The notes under the pieces are model-generated. The model had not been told where the DNA came from, did not search any database, and saw only the letters and a list, made by a program, of their open reading frames with translations. A stretch of 64,000 bases of DNA from Alphaproteobacteria bacterium (GTDB taxonomy: Bacteria > Pseudomonadota > Alphaproteobacteria > MPNO01): positions 124,902-188,901 of the forward strand of contig OZ220750.1 in assembly GCA_965117055.1 (NCBI GenBank), written 5' to 3'. Positions within the stretch are counted from its first letter, which is position 1. Every line of letters starts with the position of its first letter. The translations under genes and the position numbers were made by a program. Shown here piece by piece: positions 18,409 through 28,623 of this stretch.

Positions 18409-19529
18409 CCCGGACCGAGCACGTCCGCGACGAGCTGCCGGTACTCCTCCCGGCTGGGCACCACGCGGGCGGCGTGGTTGAAGTGGCTCGCGGCGGCGTC
18501 GGCGCTCATGTCGTCGAGGTCCGACTTGTCGTAGCCCGCCTCCCTGAGCGAGCCGGGCAGGCCGAGCCGCGCGTTCAGCTCCTCGATGCCGCGCGCGACA
18601 TCGGGCGCGCCGCCCTGCCCCATCGCGGCGGCAATTTCCGCCAGCAGGGGATCCAGACGGCCCTCGTAGAAGCGGACGACAGCGGGGGCGCTCACCGTGA
18701 CCAGCATGCCGTGGTGGAGGTCGGCGTCGCCGAAGGTGTTGGCGAGCGCGTGCACCGGCCCGAGCCCGCGATAGATCGCCATGCCGCCCTGCAGCGCCGC
18801 CATCTGCATGTGCCATCTCGCCTCGCGGTCGGAACCGTCCGCGCAGGCCCGTTCGACATGGCGCACCACCCGGCTTATGCCGTCGAGCGCGATCGCGGCG
18901 CCCGGCGGGTCGTCCTTCTTCGCCAGATAGGCTTCGAGACAGTGGCCGAACGCGTCCATGCCCGTCGCCGCGGTAAGGACGGGCGGCAGGGTCAGCGTGA
19001 GCTCCGGGTCGCAAATCGCGAGATCGGGCTTGATGTGCACCGAGCGCAGGCCGAGAGCCCGGGTCGCCGCATCGGGATGGATGCCGCCGCCCATGGTGAG
19101 CTCGGCCCCGGTTCCCGCCGTGGTCGGCACCGTGACCAGCGGCGCGACGGCCGCCGTCACCCGCGCCGGATCGCGCAGATAGTCGAGGATCGGTCCGTCA
19201 TGGGTGGCGGCGACGCGCACCGCCTTGCCCGAATCCATCACCGAGCCGCCGCCGAGGGCGAGCACGCCGTCGCAGCCCTGCTCGCGATAGGTCTCCGCCG
19301 CCGCCTCGACCCCGGCGACCGTCGGGTTGGGCGGGATGCCGTCGAACACCGTCGCCTCGACGTCGCCGGGGAGCGCGTCGAGCACCCGCCGCGCCACCCC
19401 GTGCTCGACCAGCCCCCGGTCGGTCAGCAGCAGCGGACGCCGGACGCCGAGCCCGGCAAGCTCGCCGCCGATGGCTTCCACGGCGCCGAATTCGAACAAC
19501 ACGCGCGGATAGGCGAGGAGCTCGGGCAT
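18405..19529 (-). CDS. iron-containing alcohol dehydrogenase
   Basis: ALGGGSVMDSGK, VPTTAGTGAE, GMDAFGHCLE, HHG. Confidence 0.9.
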   Translation of the reverse strand: MPELLAYPRVLFEFGAVEAIGGELAGLGVRRPLLLTDRGLVEHGVARRVLDALPGDVEATVFDGIPPNPTVAGVEAAAETYREQGCDGVLALGGGSVMDSGKAVRVAATHDGPILDYLRDPARVTAAVAPLVTVPTTAGTGAELTMGGGIHPDAATRALGLRSVHIKPDLAICDPELTLTLPPVLTAATGMDAFGHCLEAYLAKKDDPPGAAIALDGISRVVRHVERACADGSDREARWHMQMAALQGGMAIYRGLGPVHALANTFGDADLHHGMLVTVSAPAVVRFYEGRLDPLLAEIAAAMGQGGAPDVARGIEELNARLGLPGSLREAGYDKSDLDDMSADAAASHFNHAARVVPSREEYRQLVADVLGPG

Positions 19530-19561
19530 GGCGATCGGACTCCTTCAGACGATCGGTGACC

Positions 19562-19660
19562 GCCCTTCGATACGCCGCTTCGCGGCTACTCAGGGTGAGG
19601 GAGTCTGCAAGAAATAAACCCTCATCCCGAGTAGGCGCGAAGCGCCATATCGAGGGACGC
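19562..19660. repeat. palindromic repeat family C
   Basis: Matches 14000-14107 and 53540-53632. Confidence 0.8.
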
Positions 19661-19666
19661 CGCGTC

Positions 19667-20131
19667 TCAGACCCGCGTCACGTTCCAGACTTCCTCGATC
19701 TCGGTGCCGGCCTCGCGGATGACCTTGGAGACCGGGCAGAACTTCGGGAGCTCGGTCTTCACCTTTTCCATCTCGGCGTCGGAAGCGCCGGTGCGGACGT
19801 TGATGGTCAGCACGATCTTCGGGAACGGCACCCGGACCTCCTCCTCCAGCATGGCGCCGCGCCGGTCGAAGGTGGCCTCGGCCTCGATGGTCATGTCGTC
19901 GAATTCGATGCCATGCCTGTGGGCGATCTTGTGGCCGATCACGTTGGTGCAGCCGATCAGCGAGGCGACCAGCGTCTCGGTCGGGGTGAAGCCGAGATTG
20001 GTGCCGTCGCGCTCCTCGGGCTCGTCGATCGTCGATTCGAGATCGCGCACCTGGAGGTCGGTGCGCGAATGGGTGGGACAGGTCGCCGTGATGTGCTGCC
20101 GGACGGCGGTCCTGGGCCGGACTGTAACCAA
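19667..20131 (-). CDS. OsmC/Ohr family protein
   Basis: IDEPEERDGTNLGFTPTETLVASLIGC...FCPVS; TTG start with GGGAGA upstream. Confidence 0.85.
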   Translation of the reverse strand: MVTVRPRTAVRQHITATCPTHSRTDLQVRDLESTIDEPEERDGTNLGFTPTETLVASLIGCTNVIGHKIAHRHGIEFDDMTIEAEATFDRRGAMLEEEVRVPFPKIVLTINVRTGASDAEMEKVKTELPKFCPVSKVIREAGTEIEEVWNVTRV

Positions 20132-20214
20132 TTGCTGTCTCCCTTCGCAGGTCTGGCGGGGGAGGCTCCTTACAGCATCGCGGTGGCGAGGGAAACCCGG
20201 CGGCACCGCCCGTC

Positions 20215-21225
20215 CTAGCGGCCGAGCCCGAAGGCCCCGGCGAGGAGGGCGTAGCTCTTCCGCCTCACGTCCTCGTCGTGGGTCCAGGTGACGATCGCGA
20301 TTTCCTGCACGTCGAGCTCGGCCGCCAGCGCCCGGATCCGTTCGGCCACCCGGCCGGGCGTGCCGACGAAGGCCTGCTCGCGGAACCGGTCGAGAACGGC
20401 CCTCTCGGCCTCGGTGTAGGGGTGGGCGGCGGCGTCCTCGGGCGTTTCCAGCGCGGTATAGTGGCCCCGGCGGCGCAGCAGTTGCCAGCGCGCCCGAGGC
20501 GTGTAGTGGTGCTGCGCCTCTTCCTCGCTGTCCGCCGCGAGCGCCCAGACGCAGAGCCCGCTTATCTTCTCCGGGTGGCGTTCGCTCGGCCGGTAGCCCT
20601 CCCGGTACATGCGCAGCGCCTCCGCCGCCCCCTGCCCGTCGGTGAAGAACCAGGCGAAGCAATAGGGCAGGCCGAAATGGGCCGCGACCTGGGCGCCGTA
20701 ATTCGAGCTCCCGAGCATCCACACCTCCGGCACCGTATCGCCTGCCGGATAGGCGCGGATCTGGGCGAAGGTGTGCCCGTCGGCCAGCGGCTTGCCGGAA
20801 ATCCAGGCAAGGATGTCGCGCACGTCGGCCGGGAACTGCTGCGGCCGCTCGTTGGCCATCGGATGCAGCGCATAGGCCGTGAGCCCGTCCGAGCCCGGCG
20901 CGCGTCCCAGCCCGAGATCGATGCGTCCGGGCGCCAGCGCGTCCAGCACGCGGAACTGCTCGGAGACCTTGAGCGCCGAGTAATGCGGCAGCATCACGCC
21001 CGCGCTGCCGATGCGGATGCGTTCGGTCTTCATCGCCAGCGCGGCGATCAGGATTTCCGGCGCGGTGCCGAGGATGCTGGGATGGTTGTGGTGCTCCGAC
21101 ACCCAGAAACGGTGATAGCCCAGCGCCTCGCAATGCGCGGCGAGCGCGACGGTATCGCGGATCGCCTGGCCGTGCGGCCTTCCGGCGGCGGCGATCGACT
21201 GGTCCAGAACCGACAGGCGAAGCAC
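20215..21225 (-). CDS. luciferase-like (LLM) flavin monooxygenase
   Basis: RFWVSEHH, RIGSAGVMLPHYS, GRIDLGLGRAPG. Confidence 0.9.
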   Translation of the reverse strand: MLRLSVLDQSIAAAGRPHGQAIRDTVALAAHCEALGYHRFWVSEHHNHPSILGTAPEILIAALAMKTERIRIGSAGVMLPHYSALKVSEQFRVLDALAPGRIDLGLGRAPGSDGLTAYALHPMANERPQQFPADVRDILAWISGKPLADGHTFAQIRAYPAGDTVPEVWMLGSSNYGAQVAAHFGLPYCFAWFFTDGQGAAEALRMYREGYRPSERHPEKISGLCVWALAADSEEEAQHHYTPRARWQLLRRRGHYTALETPEDAAAHPYTEAERAVLDRFREQAFVGTPGRVAERIRALAAELDVQEIAIVTWTHDEDVRRKSYALLAGAFGLGR

Positions 21226-21317
21226 TCCGGTCCTCCGCGTTCCCCGTGTTCCTGCGGCGCGAGCGGCGCACTATAGTCCGATCCCGCCGCGCGGGAAGTT
21301 GGGACGGAGCAGAGGCG

Positions 21318-22427
21318 ATGACGGCAACCCCGCGCCCGTTCATGCACCCGCTCTGCGGGGCGGATATCGGAACGCTGGTCCGGGTGCTGTGCGCCAACGG
21401 GGGCGTGGCGCCGCGTGCGCTGCCGCAGGTCGCGGCCGCCTTGCTGGTCGCCGCTTCCCGCCTGCCGTCGACCCTCGCCGAGCGCGCCTGGATCGCGGGC
21501 CGGCTGCGCAAGGCCGGCCACATGCCGCCGCCGGTCTTCATCGTCGGGCACTGGCGGAGCGGCACGACGCATCTGTTCAACATCCTCTCGCGGCAGGGGT
21601 TTTCCTACGTCTCGCCGCTCGCCGCCGGGATGCCGTGGGACTTCGCCGGGCTCGCGGCGGCGCTGGGGCCGGTGCTCGAACGGATGCTGCCCACGGAGCG
21701 CTTCATCGACGGCATCCCCGTCGAGCCCGATTCGCCGCAGGAAGACGAGATCCCGCTCGCCAATATGAGCCCGCTCTCCTACTACCACGGCATCTATTTC
21801 CCCACGGCCTTCGAGGTCAATTTCGGCCGCGGGATATTTTTCGAGTCCTGCGCCGACCACGAGATCCGGCGCTGGACCGAGCGCTTCGTCCATTTCTCGC
21901 GCAAGGTCTGGCTCGCCGGGGGGCGCCGGACGCTGCTGGTCAAGAACCCGGTCCATACCGCCCGCATCCGGGCGATCCGCGGGATCTGGCCCGACGCGAA
22001 ATTCATCCACTGCGTCCGCAACCCCTACGAGGTGTTCTTCTCGATGCGGAACTTCTACGACAGGCTGCTGCCGGCCCTGGCGTTGCAGCCGCATGACGGG
22101 CTCGCCGTGGACCGCATCGTGCTCGACGGCTACCGCCGCCTCATGGACCGATTCATCGCCGACCGGCCGGCGATACCCGACGGGAACTTCCACGAACTCC
22201 GCTACGAACGGCTCTCGGCCGCGCCGATGGCGGAGATCGCGGCGCTCTACGACACCTTGGCGCTCGACGGCTTCGCCGAAGCGGAGCCCGCCTTCCGCCG
22301 CTATCTGGAGGGCGTCAGCGACTACCGGCGCAACCGCTACGAATACCCGGAAGAAGATTTGGCCAAGGTGGAGGACGCCTGGCGCCCCTACATCGAGCGC
22401 TGGGGCTACGCGCGGCCGGGGGGCTAG
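21318..22427 (+). CDS. PAPS-dependent sulfotransferase
   Basis: 5'-PSB motif FIVGHWRSGTTHL, PQEDE, LVKNPVH, FIHCVRNP, RYE. Confidence 0.87.
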   Translation: MTATPRPFMHPLCGADIGTLVRVLCANGGVAPRALPQVAAALLVAASRLPSTLAERAWIAGRLRKAGHMPPPVFIVGHWRSGTTHLFNILSRQGFSYVSPLAAGMPWDFAGLAAALGPVLERMLPTERFIDGIPVEPDSPQEDEIPLANMSPLSYYHGIYFPTAFEVNFGRGIFFESCADHEIRRWTERFVHFSRKVWLAGGRRTLLVKNPVHTARIRAIRGIWPDAKFIHCVRNPYEVFFSMRNFYDRLLPALALQPHDGLAVDRIVLDGYRRLMDRFIADRPAIPDGNFHELRYERLSAAPMAEIAALYDTLALDGFAEAEPAFRRYLEGVSDYRRNRYEYPEEDLAKVEDAWRPYIERWGYARPGG

Positions 22428-22612
22428 AGCCTGTCCGTTTTAGATAGAAGCGCCTTTACCCCTGTCTCCTCACCGTCATGGTCGGCGAAGGCCGACCATC
22501 CATGAGTTTTTAAGGCGCTGGAAACAAAAACAAATCGTGGATGGTCGGCCTTCGCCGACCATGACGGAAGAGAACGGACGAAGTGGTTCCAACTAAAACA
22601 GATCCGCTCTAG
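22424..22612. mobile_element. 189-bp CTAG-flanked MITE, copy 3
   Basis: Matches 4232-4420, same length. Confidence 0.8.
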
Positions 22613-24260
22613 CCCGGATTTCTCAAACCTTGGAACGGGACGGTGATTGTGGGCGGGGTTTTTGCGTTTGTGTGGGGGACGTCCGGAACGGCGGGTTGGA
22701 GGCGCGTTGCAGCGCCCGCGCTCTGGCGGGTGGTCTGTCCGGTGCTGTGCCTGTGTTGTTGCTGGGGGTGGGTTCGGTTGGGCCGCTTACGGCGCGGCGG
22801 CGGATAATCGGTCGTGGGCGGCCTGGAACTCTCTCTGGTAGGGACAGCCCGAGGCCATGGCGAGCTTGATCCGGCGCACGCTGATACGCACCAGGGCGGC
22901 GATCTTGAGCAGCTTGAGCCGGATCGAGCCGCAGCTTGCCTTGGCGAAACGGGTATGGGCCAGGCCGATCCGCCGCAAGGCGCAGAGCAGCACATAGGCC
23001 ATCGAGGCGAACCACAGCCGCAGCTGGTTGGCGCGCATGGAGCGGGCCGATGTGCGGTCGGCGAACAGGTCGAGCTGGCATTCCTTGATCCGGTTCTCCA
23101 TCTCGCCGCGGGCGCAGTAGAGCGTCTCGTAGAGCCGGCGGCAGCGCGCGTCCGCAGGCTTCAGCGAGGTCACCACGAAGCGGGGATTGGCCTTGCCGCC
23201 GGTCCACTCCGCCTTGCCGACGACGCGGCGCCGGCGCGACCAGCTGTCGCGGGTCGACCACAGGAAATCCTTGTAGCGCCGGGCCGGCCGACCCTTCGCC
23301 TCGGCCTCGGCCCGGGCCGCCGCCAGCGCCCCCTTAAGCTCCGCCGCCAGCCGGGGATTGCGCGCCAGGCCGAACAGGTAGTCGACCCGGTTGGCTTCGC
23401 ACCAAGCCATCAACGCCTCGCGCGCAAAGCCCGAATCCGCCCGCAGCAGGATGCGCAGATGCGGCCAGCGCCGGCGCAGCTGGCGAACGATCCGGGCCAC
23501 CTCGTCGACCGCGCCGGCCGAGGCATCGATGTTCGCGCGCCGCAGCTTCGCCGCCAGCAGATGGCGGCCGCAGAAGATGTACAGCGGCAGGTAGCACCAG
23601 CCGTCGTAGTAGCCGTGGAAGAAGCGCCCCTCCTGATGCCCATGCAACGGATCGTCGGTGGCATCCAGGTCCAGCACGATCTGCGCCGGCGGCGTGCGAT
23701 GCGCCGCCACGAACTGCTGCACGAACACAGCCTCGACCGCCGCCGGGCGATGGCCGATCTTGTGATACAGCCCCGGTCGCGGGCCGCCCAGCTCCAGCCG
23801 GTTCAGCGTCGACTTGCCGGCCAGCGGCGCGCAGCCCCGCCGCTTCGCCCGCAACTTGCCGGCCAGCACCGCCATCGCCGGATCGTGGCGCAGCGTATCG
23901 TGATCGATCAGATCCTCGTAGCCCAGCGCAATGCCGAGCACCCGCTGGCCTACCAGGGTGCGCAGCTCATGCTCGATCAGCCTGCCATCGCGACGATCCA
24001 CGAAGCAGGCGGCGAAGCGATCGATCAGCCCGACCGCCCGGTCGGCGGCGCCGAGCAGCAGCGCGCCGGCGTCCGAGGTCATCGCCCCGCCATCGAACGC
24101 GGCGACCACCGAACGGTCCCCGACGGGTGCAAAACCGAACAGATCCGGGTTACAGTGTGTGCGCATCGGGGACTTCCTCCGGTCCGGGATAAGCCTTTGT
24201 CGCAAAAAGCATTATCCCAAAACCGGAGCCCCGATGCAGCAAGCGCTTGAGAAATCCGGG
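22613..24260 (-). mobile_element. IS1380-family insertion sequence (1648 bp)
   Basis: Terminal IRs CCCGGATTTCTCAA / TTGAGAAATCCGGG; CTAG on both sides. Confidence 0.92.
22787..24166 (-). CDS. IS1380-family transposase
   Basis: TSDAG, LDLDATDDPLHGHQEG, LRADSGF, YCARGEMENRIKE. Confidence 0.93.
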   Translation of the reverse strand: MRTHCNPDLFGFAPVGDRSVVAAFDGGAMTSDAGALLLGAADRAVGLIDRFAACFVDRRDGRLIEHELRTLVGQRVLGIALGYEDLIDHDTLRHDPAMAVLAGKLRAKRRGCAPLAGKSTLNRLELGGPRPGLYHKIGHRPAAVEAVFVQQFVAAHRTPPAQIVLDLDATDDPLHGHQEGRFFHGYYDGWCYLPLYIFCGRHLLAAKLRRANIDASAGAVDEVARIVRQLRRRWPHLRILLRADSGFAREALMAWCEANRVDYLFGLARNPRLAAELKGALAAARAEAEAKGRPARRYKDFLWSTRDSWSRRRRVVGKAEWTGGKANPRFVVTSLKPADARCRRLYETLYCARGEMENRIKECQLDLFADRTSARSMRANQLRLWFASMAYVLLCALRRIGLAHTRFAKASCGSIRLKLLKIAALVRISVRRIKLAMASGCPYQREFQAAHDRLSAAAP

Positions 24261-24313
24261 CTAGAGAAATATCCGACCGGACGAGGTCGCATCCGGCATC
24301 CCCCTCGCCCTAA

Positions 24314-24601
24314 CCCGGATTTCTCACGAGCGGCGGGCACTTCTTGTGTCCAGCGCACGGGAACGATTACACGACAAGGGTTTGCCCGCTCGCCGGCGGT
24401 TTCGGTGAAACACGCAGTCTGTCGTTCGCCCCGTTGTCACCCCGGCCTTGAGCCGGGGTCCAGAGCCACAGGCACTGCTCTCGTCCTGCTTCCCCGGATC
24501 GGTGTCCGGGGCAGGCCTGGACCCCGGCTCAAGGCCGGGGTGACAAGCTTGGGGTCGGCCGCGGTGCAGGCTCCTCTTCGGCCCTCGGTGAGAAATCCAG
24601 G
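24314..24601. mobile_element. IS1380-derived MITE, copy 2 (288 bp)
   Basis: IS1380-type ends, perfect CTAA duplication (24310-24313 and 24602-24605), body nearly identical to 13789-13993. Confidence 0.82.
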
Positions 24602-24864
24602 CTAACCCTCTCCCCGGCGGGGAGAGGGGATTCGCTTGGCGACTCCTCCGTACCTTCTCCCCTCCCGCTGGCGGGAGGTGCCGGGAGAGAACGGATGAAG
24701 CGGGACACGATTCCGGATAGTTTTGCCATGCTGGCCAAGTTGAGGGCGCCGAGGGGTTCGGCGCCCTTCTCGCTTGAACCGGCCGGGGTCGGCGCCATGC
24801 ATTCGGGGGGTGGCGGTACCATGCGGCGGCGTCGAGCGCGATCCCTCTCTTTGGCGGTCGACCC

Positions 24865-25881
24865 GTGACCGACCTCGTGACCGGCGGGGCGGGGTTCATC
24901 GGCGGGCGGGTGGTGGAGCGCCTGCGGCGGGACGGCGCGGCGGTGCGGGTGCTCGATCTCGACGGCGAGGCGACGTTGCCGGAGGGCGTCGAACGGATCG
25001 TCGGCTCGGCGTCCGATCCGGCGACGCTGCGGAAGGCGATGGCGGGGGCCGGGCGGGTCTTCCACGTCGCCGGCGATCCCCGGCTGTGGGCCCGGAGAGA
25101 AGCCGACTTCACCGCCGCCAATGTCGAACCCACCAGGACGGTGCTCGACGCGGCGGCGCGGGCCGGCGTGGAGCGGATCGTCGTGACCTCGACGGCGGCG
25201 ATCCATTTCGCGCCCCGGCGCAAGGGACGCCCGCTCGCGCTCGGCGACATGCCGGGCGCCTATGCACGGTCGAAATTCCTTGCCGAGCGGGCGGCGCTCG
25301 ACGCGGCCGCCGGCGGTCTCCCGGTCATGATCCTCAACCCGTGCCTGCCGCTGGGGGCGGGCGACCGCAAGCTGACGCCGCCGACGCGGATGCTGCTCGA
25401 TTTCGTGAACGGCGCGGTCCCGGCCTTTCTCGATTTCGAGCTCCGGGCGATCGACGCGGGCGATCTCGCCGAGGCCTATGTCGCGGCGGCGGAGCGCGGC
25501 GCGGTGGGCGGGCGCTATTTCCTCGGCGGACCGCCCGTCCGGCTGTCGCAACTGCTGGCGGCGGTCGAGCGGATCACCGGGCTCGAAATGCCCCGCCGCC
25601 GGGTTCCCTGGGCGCTGGCCTTCGCCGCCGCCTCGGTCTCGGAGCTCGCCTCGCGCGTCACCTTGCGGCCGCCCCGGGCGCCGCTCGAGGGAGTCCGGAT
25701 GGCGCGGCGGCCGGCGGCGCCGGGCGGGCTGGCGACCGCCGCCGATCTCGGGCTCGAGCTGCGCCCGCTGGAGGAGACGCTTGCCGAGGCACTCGCCTGG
25801 CTCGACGAGCGGGGCCTCGCGACCCGGCGCTTCAGGACCGGCGCATCGGCCAGGCCAGCATCAGGCCCGGCAGCACGGTAA
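24865..25881 (+). CDS. NAD-dependent epimerase/dehydratase (HpnA-like)
   Basis: LVTGGAGFIGG, YARSK, NPCLPLGAGDRKLTPP. Confidence 0.85.
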   Translation: MTDLVTGGAGFIGGRVVERLRRDGAAVRVLDLDGEATLPEGVERIVGSASDPATLRKAMAGAGRVFHVAGDPRLWARREADFTAANVEPTRTVLDAAARAGVERIVVTSTAAIHFAPRRKGRPLALGDMPGAYARSKFLAERAALDAAAGGLPVMILNPCLPLGAGDRKLTPPTRMLLDFVNGAVPAFLDFELRAIDAGDLAEAYVAAAERGAVGGRYFLGGPPVRLSQLLAAVERITGLEMPRRRVPWALAFAAASVSELASRVTLRPPRAPLEGVRMARRPAAPGGLATAADLGLELRPLEETLAEALAWLDERGLATRRFRTGASARPASGPAAR

Positions 25882-28549
25882 GGCTGCACGCGAGCAGGCT
25901 GACCAGCGCGATGGTCAGCAGCACGCCCATGCTCGCCGTGCCCGGGTGATGCGAGATTCCGAGACTCGCGAAGGATGCGGCGGTGGTGAGCGCGCTGAAC
26001 AGCACCGCGCGCGGCGTGCTGGACCGGATCGCCGGCGCCGCCGCGCCCTCGCGCCGCTCGCGCGCGAGCAGGTGAATCCCGTTGGCGACCCCGAGGCCGA
26101 ACAGGAGCGGCAGCACGATGACGTTGGCGTGGTTGAAGGAGAGCCCGGCCGCGACCATCGCCGCGATGGCGATCGACGCCGCCAGCACCAGCGGCAGGAA
26201 GCCGATGGCGACCGACCGGAGCGAGCGCAGCGACACCGCGAGCAGGAGCGCGATGGCGAGAATGGCGGTCGCGGTCGCCTGGAGGAACGACGCGATCACC
26301 GTGTTGCCCGCCTCCAGCACGGTGATCGGCGGCCCCACCGCCCGCGGCGCCGCGCCCCGCACCGCTTCGACGAAGCGGCGCAGCGCGTCCCGGTCCTCGT
26401 GGATCGGCGCCCGGGCGCGGATCTCGACCTTGGCGCGCCCGTCGCTTGCCACCCAGCGCTCGCGCAGCGCGGCGGGGACCGCGCCGGCATCGACCGGCCC
26501 GGCGGACAGCGCCTCCCGCAGGCGGCCCACCGCCGCGGGAAGGTTCCGCAGAAGCCGGTCCGAGAGATCGGCGAGCCGGCCGGGCGGGGGATCGGAGTCG
26601 ATCAGCCCGGCGAGCGCGGCGGCGAGGCGCTTCGCGGACTGTGCCTCCCCGCCTTCGCCCGTGGCGGCGAGCGCGTCCAGCTCCCGCTCGAGGCCGCGCA
26701 GCGCGTCCACGGTCTCGGTTTGGCTGGGCGGCGGCGCGCGGTCGGCGGCGAAGGCCGGGCCCACCAGCTCCGCCACCTCGTCCAGGATGTCGAGCTTTTC
26801 CTCCTGCCCGTCCGGCACGAAGCTCGACAGGGTCCGGGCGCTTTCGACCTCGGGAAGCCGCCCGAGCCGGGCGGCGGCCGCGTCGGCTTCCGCGACCGAG
26901 CCGGCGAGCTGGACCAGCGCGTAGCTGTCGCCGTCGCCGCTCTCGACCAGCTCCATCACGGTCCGGACCGACTCGCTCTCCGGGTCCTTGAGGCGGAGCG
27001 GGTCGAAATCGAAGCGCACCAGCGGAGAGAGCGCGACCGTCGCGACGAGGACGACGCCGGCGGCGGCGACGATGCCGCGCGCGCGGCCTTCGACGAGGCG
27101 GGCGACGGCCTCCGAAAACCCGCTTGCGCCGCCGCCCGCGCCGCCGGGCGGGACGTTGAGCACGGCGATGAAGGCGGGCAGCAGGGTCATGGTCGCGAGA
27201 AAGCCGATCGCCATCCCGGCCCCGGCGATCAGGCCGAGCTCGGCGAGTCCCGAGTACGGGGTCGGCAGGAAGGCGAGGAAGCCGATCCCCGCCGCGAGCC
27301 CCGCGAGCGCGAGCCCGGGCCCGACGCTGGCGGCGGCGAACGCGTTCGCCGCGCCGCCTTCGAGGCCGCGCCCGGCCGCCTCCCGCCAGCGCAGCCCGTA
27401 ATGGATGCCGAAATCGACGCAGAGCCCGATGAAGAGCACCGCGAAGGCGACCGAGATCAGGTTGAGGACCCCGACCGCGGCGGCGGCGAAGGCCGCCGTC
27501 CACACCAGCCCGACGACCAGCGTGAGCAGCGCGGCGATCGAAATGCGAAACGAACGGAAGCAGAGCAAGAGGAGCAGGCTCACCAGTCCGAACGAGAGAG
27601 CGCCCGCGATCTCCATTCCGCCGCGCACGGACTGAAGCTCGTCGTGCCGGAGCGCGGGCCGGCCGGTGAGGCGGACCTCCACCCCCTGCTTGAGCGCCGC
27701 GGGCATGGAATCGGCGATCTCGCGGATCGCGCCGATCGCCTGCCTGCCCGGCCGGAACCGGTCGAAGGCGAGCGCGATCTCGACCAGCAGGATTTGCCGC
27801 CTGCCGGAACGGCGCTCGCCGTCCCCGCCGAACATCAGGCTCGTCCAGGACAGCTCGCCCGGCTCCTTCCGCGCCTCGGCCGAGACGACCGCGGCGATGC
27901 GGTCCAGCGCGGCCCCGAGGCCCCTGAGCCCGCTCTCGCCGCCCTCCTCGACGCGCTTTTCGACGGCGAGCGAGAGCATCTCCGCGAGTCCCCGGATGCT
28001 GCGGTCCTGCCAGACGGTGCCGATGAAGGGCTGCGCGGCGAGGATCCGGTCCGCCGTCTCCTCCAGCTCCCCGAGGGGTAAGAGCAGCAGCCCGTTGCGC
28101 CGGAAATACGGATCGCCCTGGGGGTGGAACACCGAACGGAACAAGTCCGGCCGGCGGGCGACTTCCGCGCGTATCCGGGCGGCGGCGCGTTCGGCCTGCT
28201 CCGGCGTCGCGCCGTCGACCACCACGACGAGGTCGCGCGCCTGTTTCGGGAAGGTCTTGCGGAGCTCGATATTGAGCTGCCGGAAATCGAGCTCGGCCGA
28301 CAGCATGTCGGCGGTGTCGGAGTTGATCTTTATCGTGCGCGCGGCATAGACCCCGGCGCCGACCGCGCTCGCGACGGCGAGGACGGCGATCGGCCAGGCG
28401 AAGCGGTGGGCGGTCCTGCCCCAGAGGGCGAAGAACCGTCCCGCCTTGCCGGTTTCCTGATGGGGCGGTGCGGTCAAGGAAGCCCTGGCGTTCAGCGAGA
28501 AATGGGGCGCCGGCGCGTGGTTATGGGCGCTCCGGCGCCCGCCGGTCAA
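25832..28549 (-). CDS. MMPL/RND transporter (HpnN-like)
   Basis: Two TM bundles, LNLISVAFAVLFIGLCVDFGIH, FDFDPLRLKDP; exact start uncertain. Confidence 0.85.
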   Translation of the reverse strand: MTGGRRSAHNHAPAPHFSLNARASLTAPPHQETGKAGRFFALWGRTAHRFAWPIAVLAVASAVGAGVYAARTIKINSDTADMLSAELDFRQLNIELRKTFPKQARDLVVVVDGATPEQAERAAARIRAEVARRPDLFRSVFHPQGDPYFRRNGLLLLPLGELEETADRILAAQPFIGTVWQDRSIRGLAEMLSLAVEKRVEEGGESGLRGLGAALDRIAAVVSAEARKEPGELSWTSLMFGGDGERRSGRRQILLVEIALAFDRFRPGRQAIGAIREIADSMPAALKQGVEVRLTGRPALRHDELQSVRGGMEIAGALSFGLVSLLLLLCFRSFRISIAALLTLVVGLVWTAAFAAAAVGVLNLISVAFAVLFIGLCVDFGIHYGLRWREAAGRGLEGGAANAFAAASVGPGLALAGLAAGIGFLAFLPTPYSGLAELGLIAGAGMAIGFLATMTLLPAFIAVLNVPPGGAGGGASGFSEAVARLVEGRARGIVAAAGVVLVATVALSPLVRFDFDPLRLKDPESESVRTVMELVESGDGDSYALVQLAGSVAEADAAAARLGRLPEVESARTLSSFVPDGQEEKLDILDEVAELVGPAFAADRAPPPSQTETVDALRGLERELDALAATGEGGEAQSAKRLAAALAGLIDSDPPPGRLADLSDRLLRNLPAAVGRLREALSAGPVDAGAVPAALRERWVASDGRAKVEIRARAPIHEDRDALRRFVEAVRGAAPRAVGPPITVLEAGNTVIASFLQATATAILAIALLLAVSLRSLRSVAIGFLPLVLAASIAIAAMVAAGLSFNHANVIVLPLLFGLGVANGIHLLARERREGAAAPAIRSSTPRAVLFSALTTAASFASLGISHHPGTASMGVLLTIALVSLLACSLTVLPGLMLAWPMRRS

Positions 28550-28623
28550 GCGCCGGCGGCTCTTGTGTCCTCCCCGCCCCGCCCTATGCTTCGCGCGCGC
28601 CGATGTCCCCGAGGGAGTACGAA

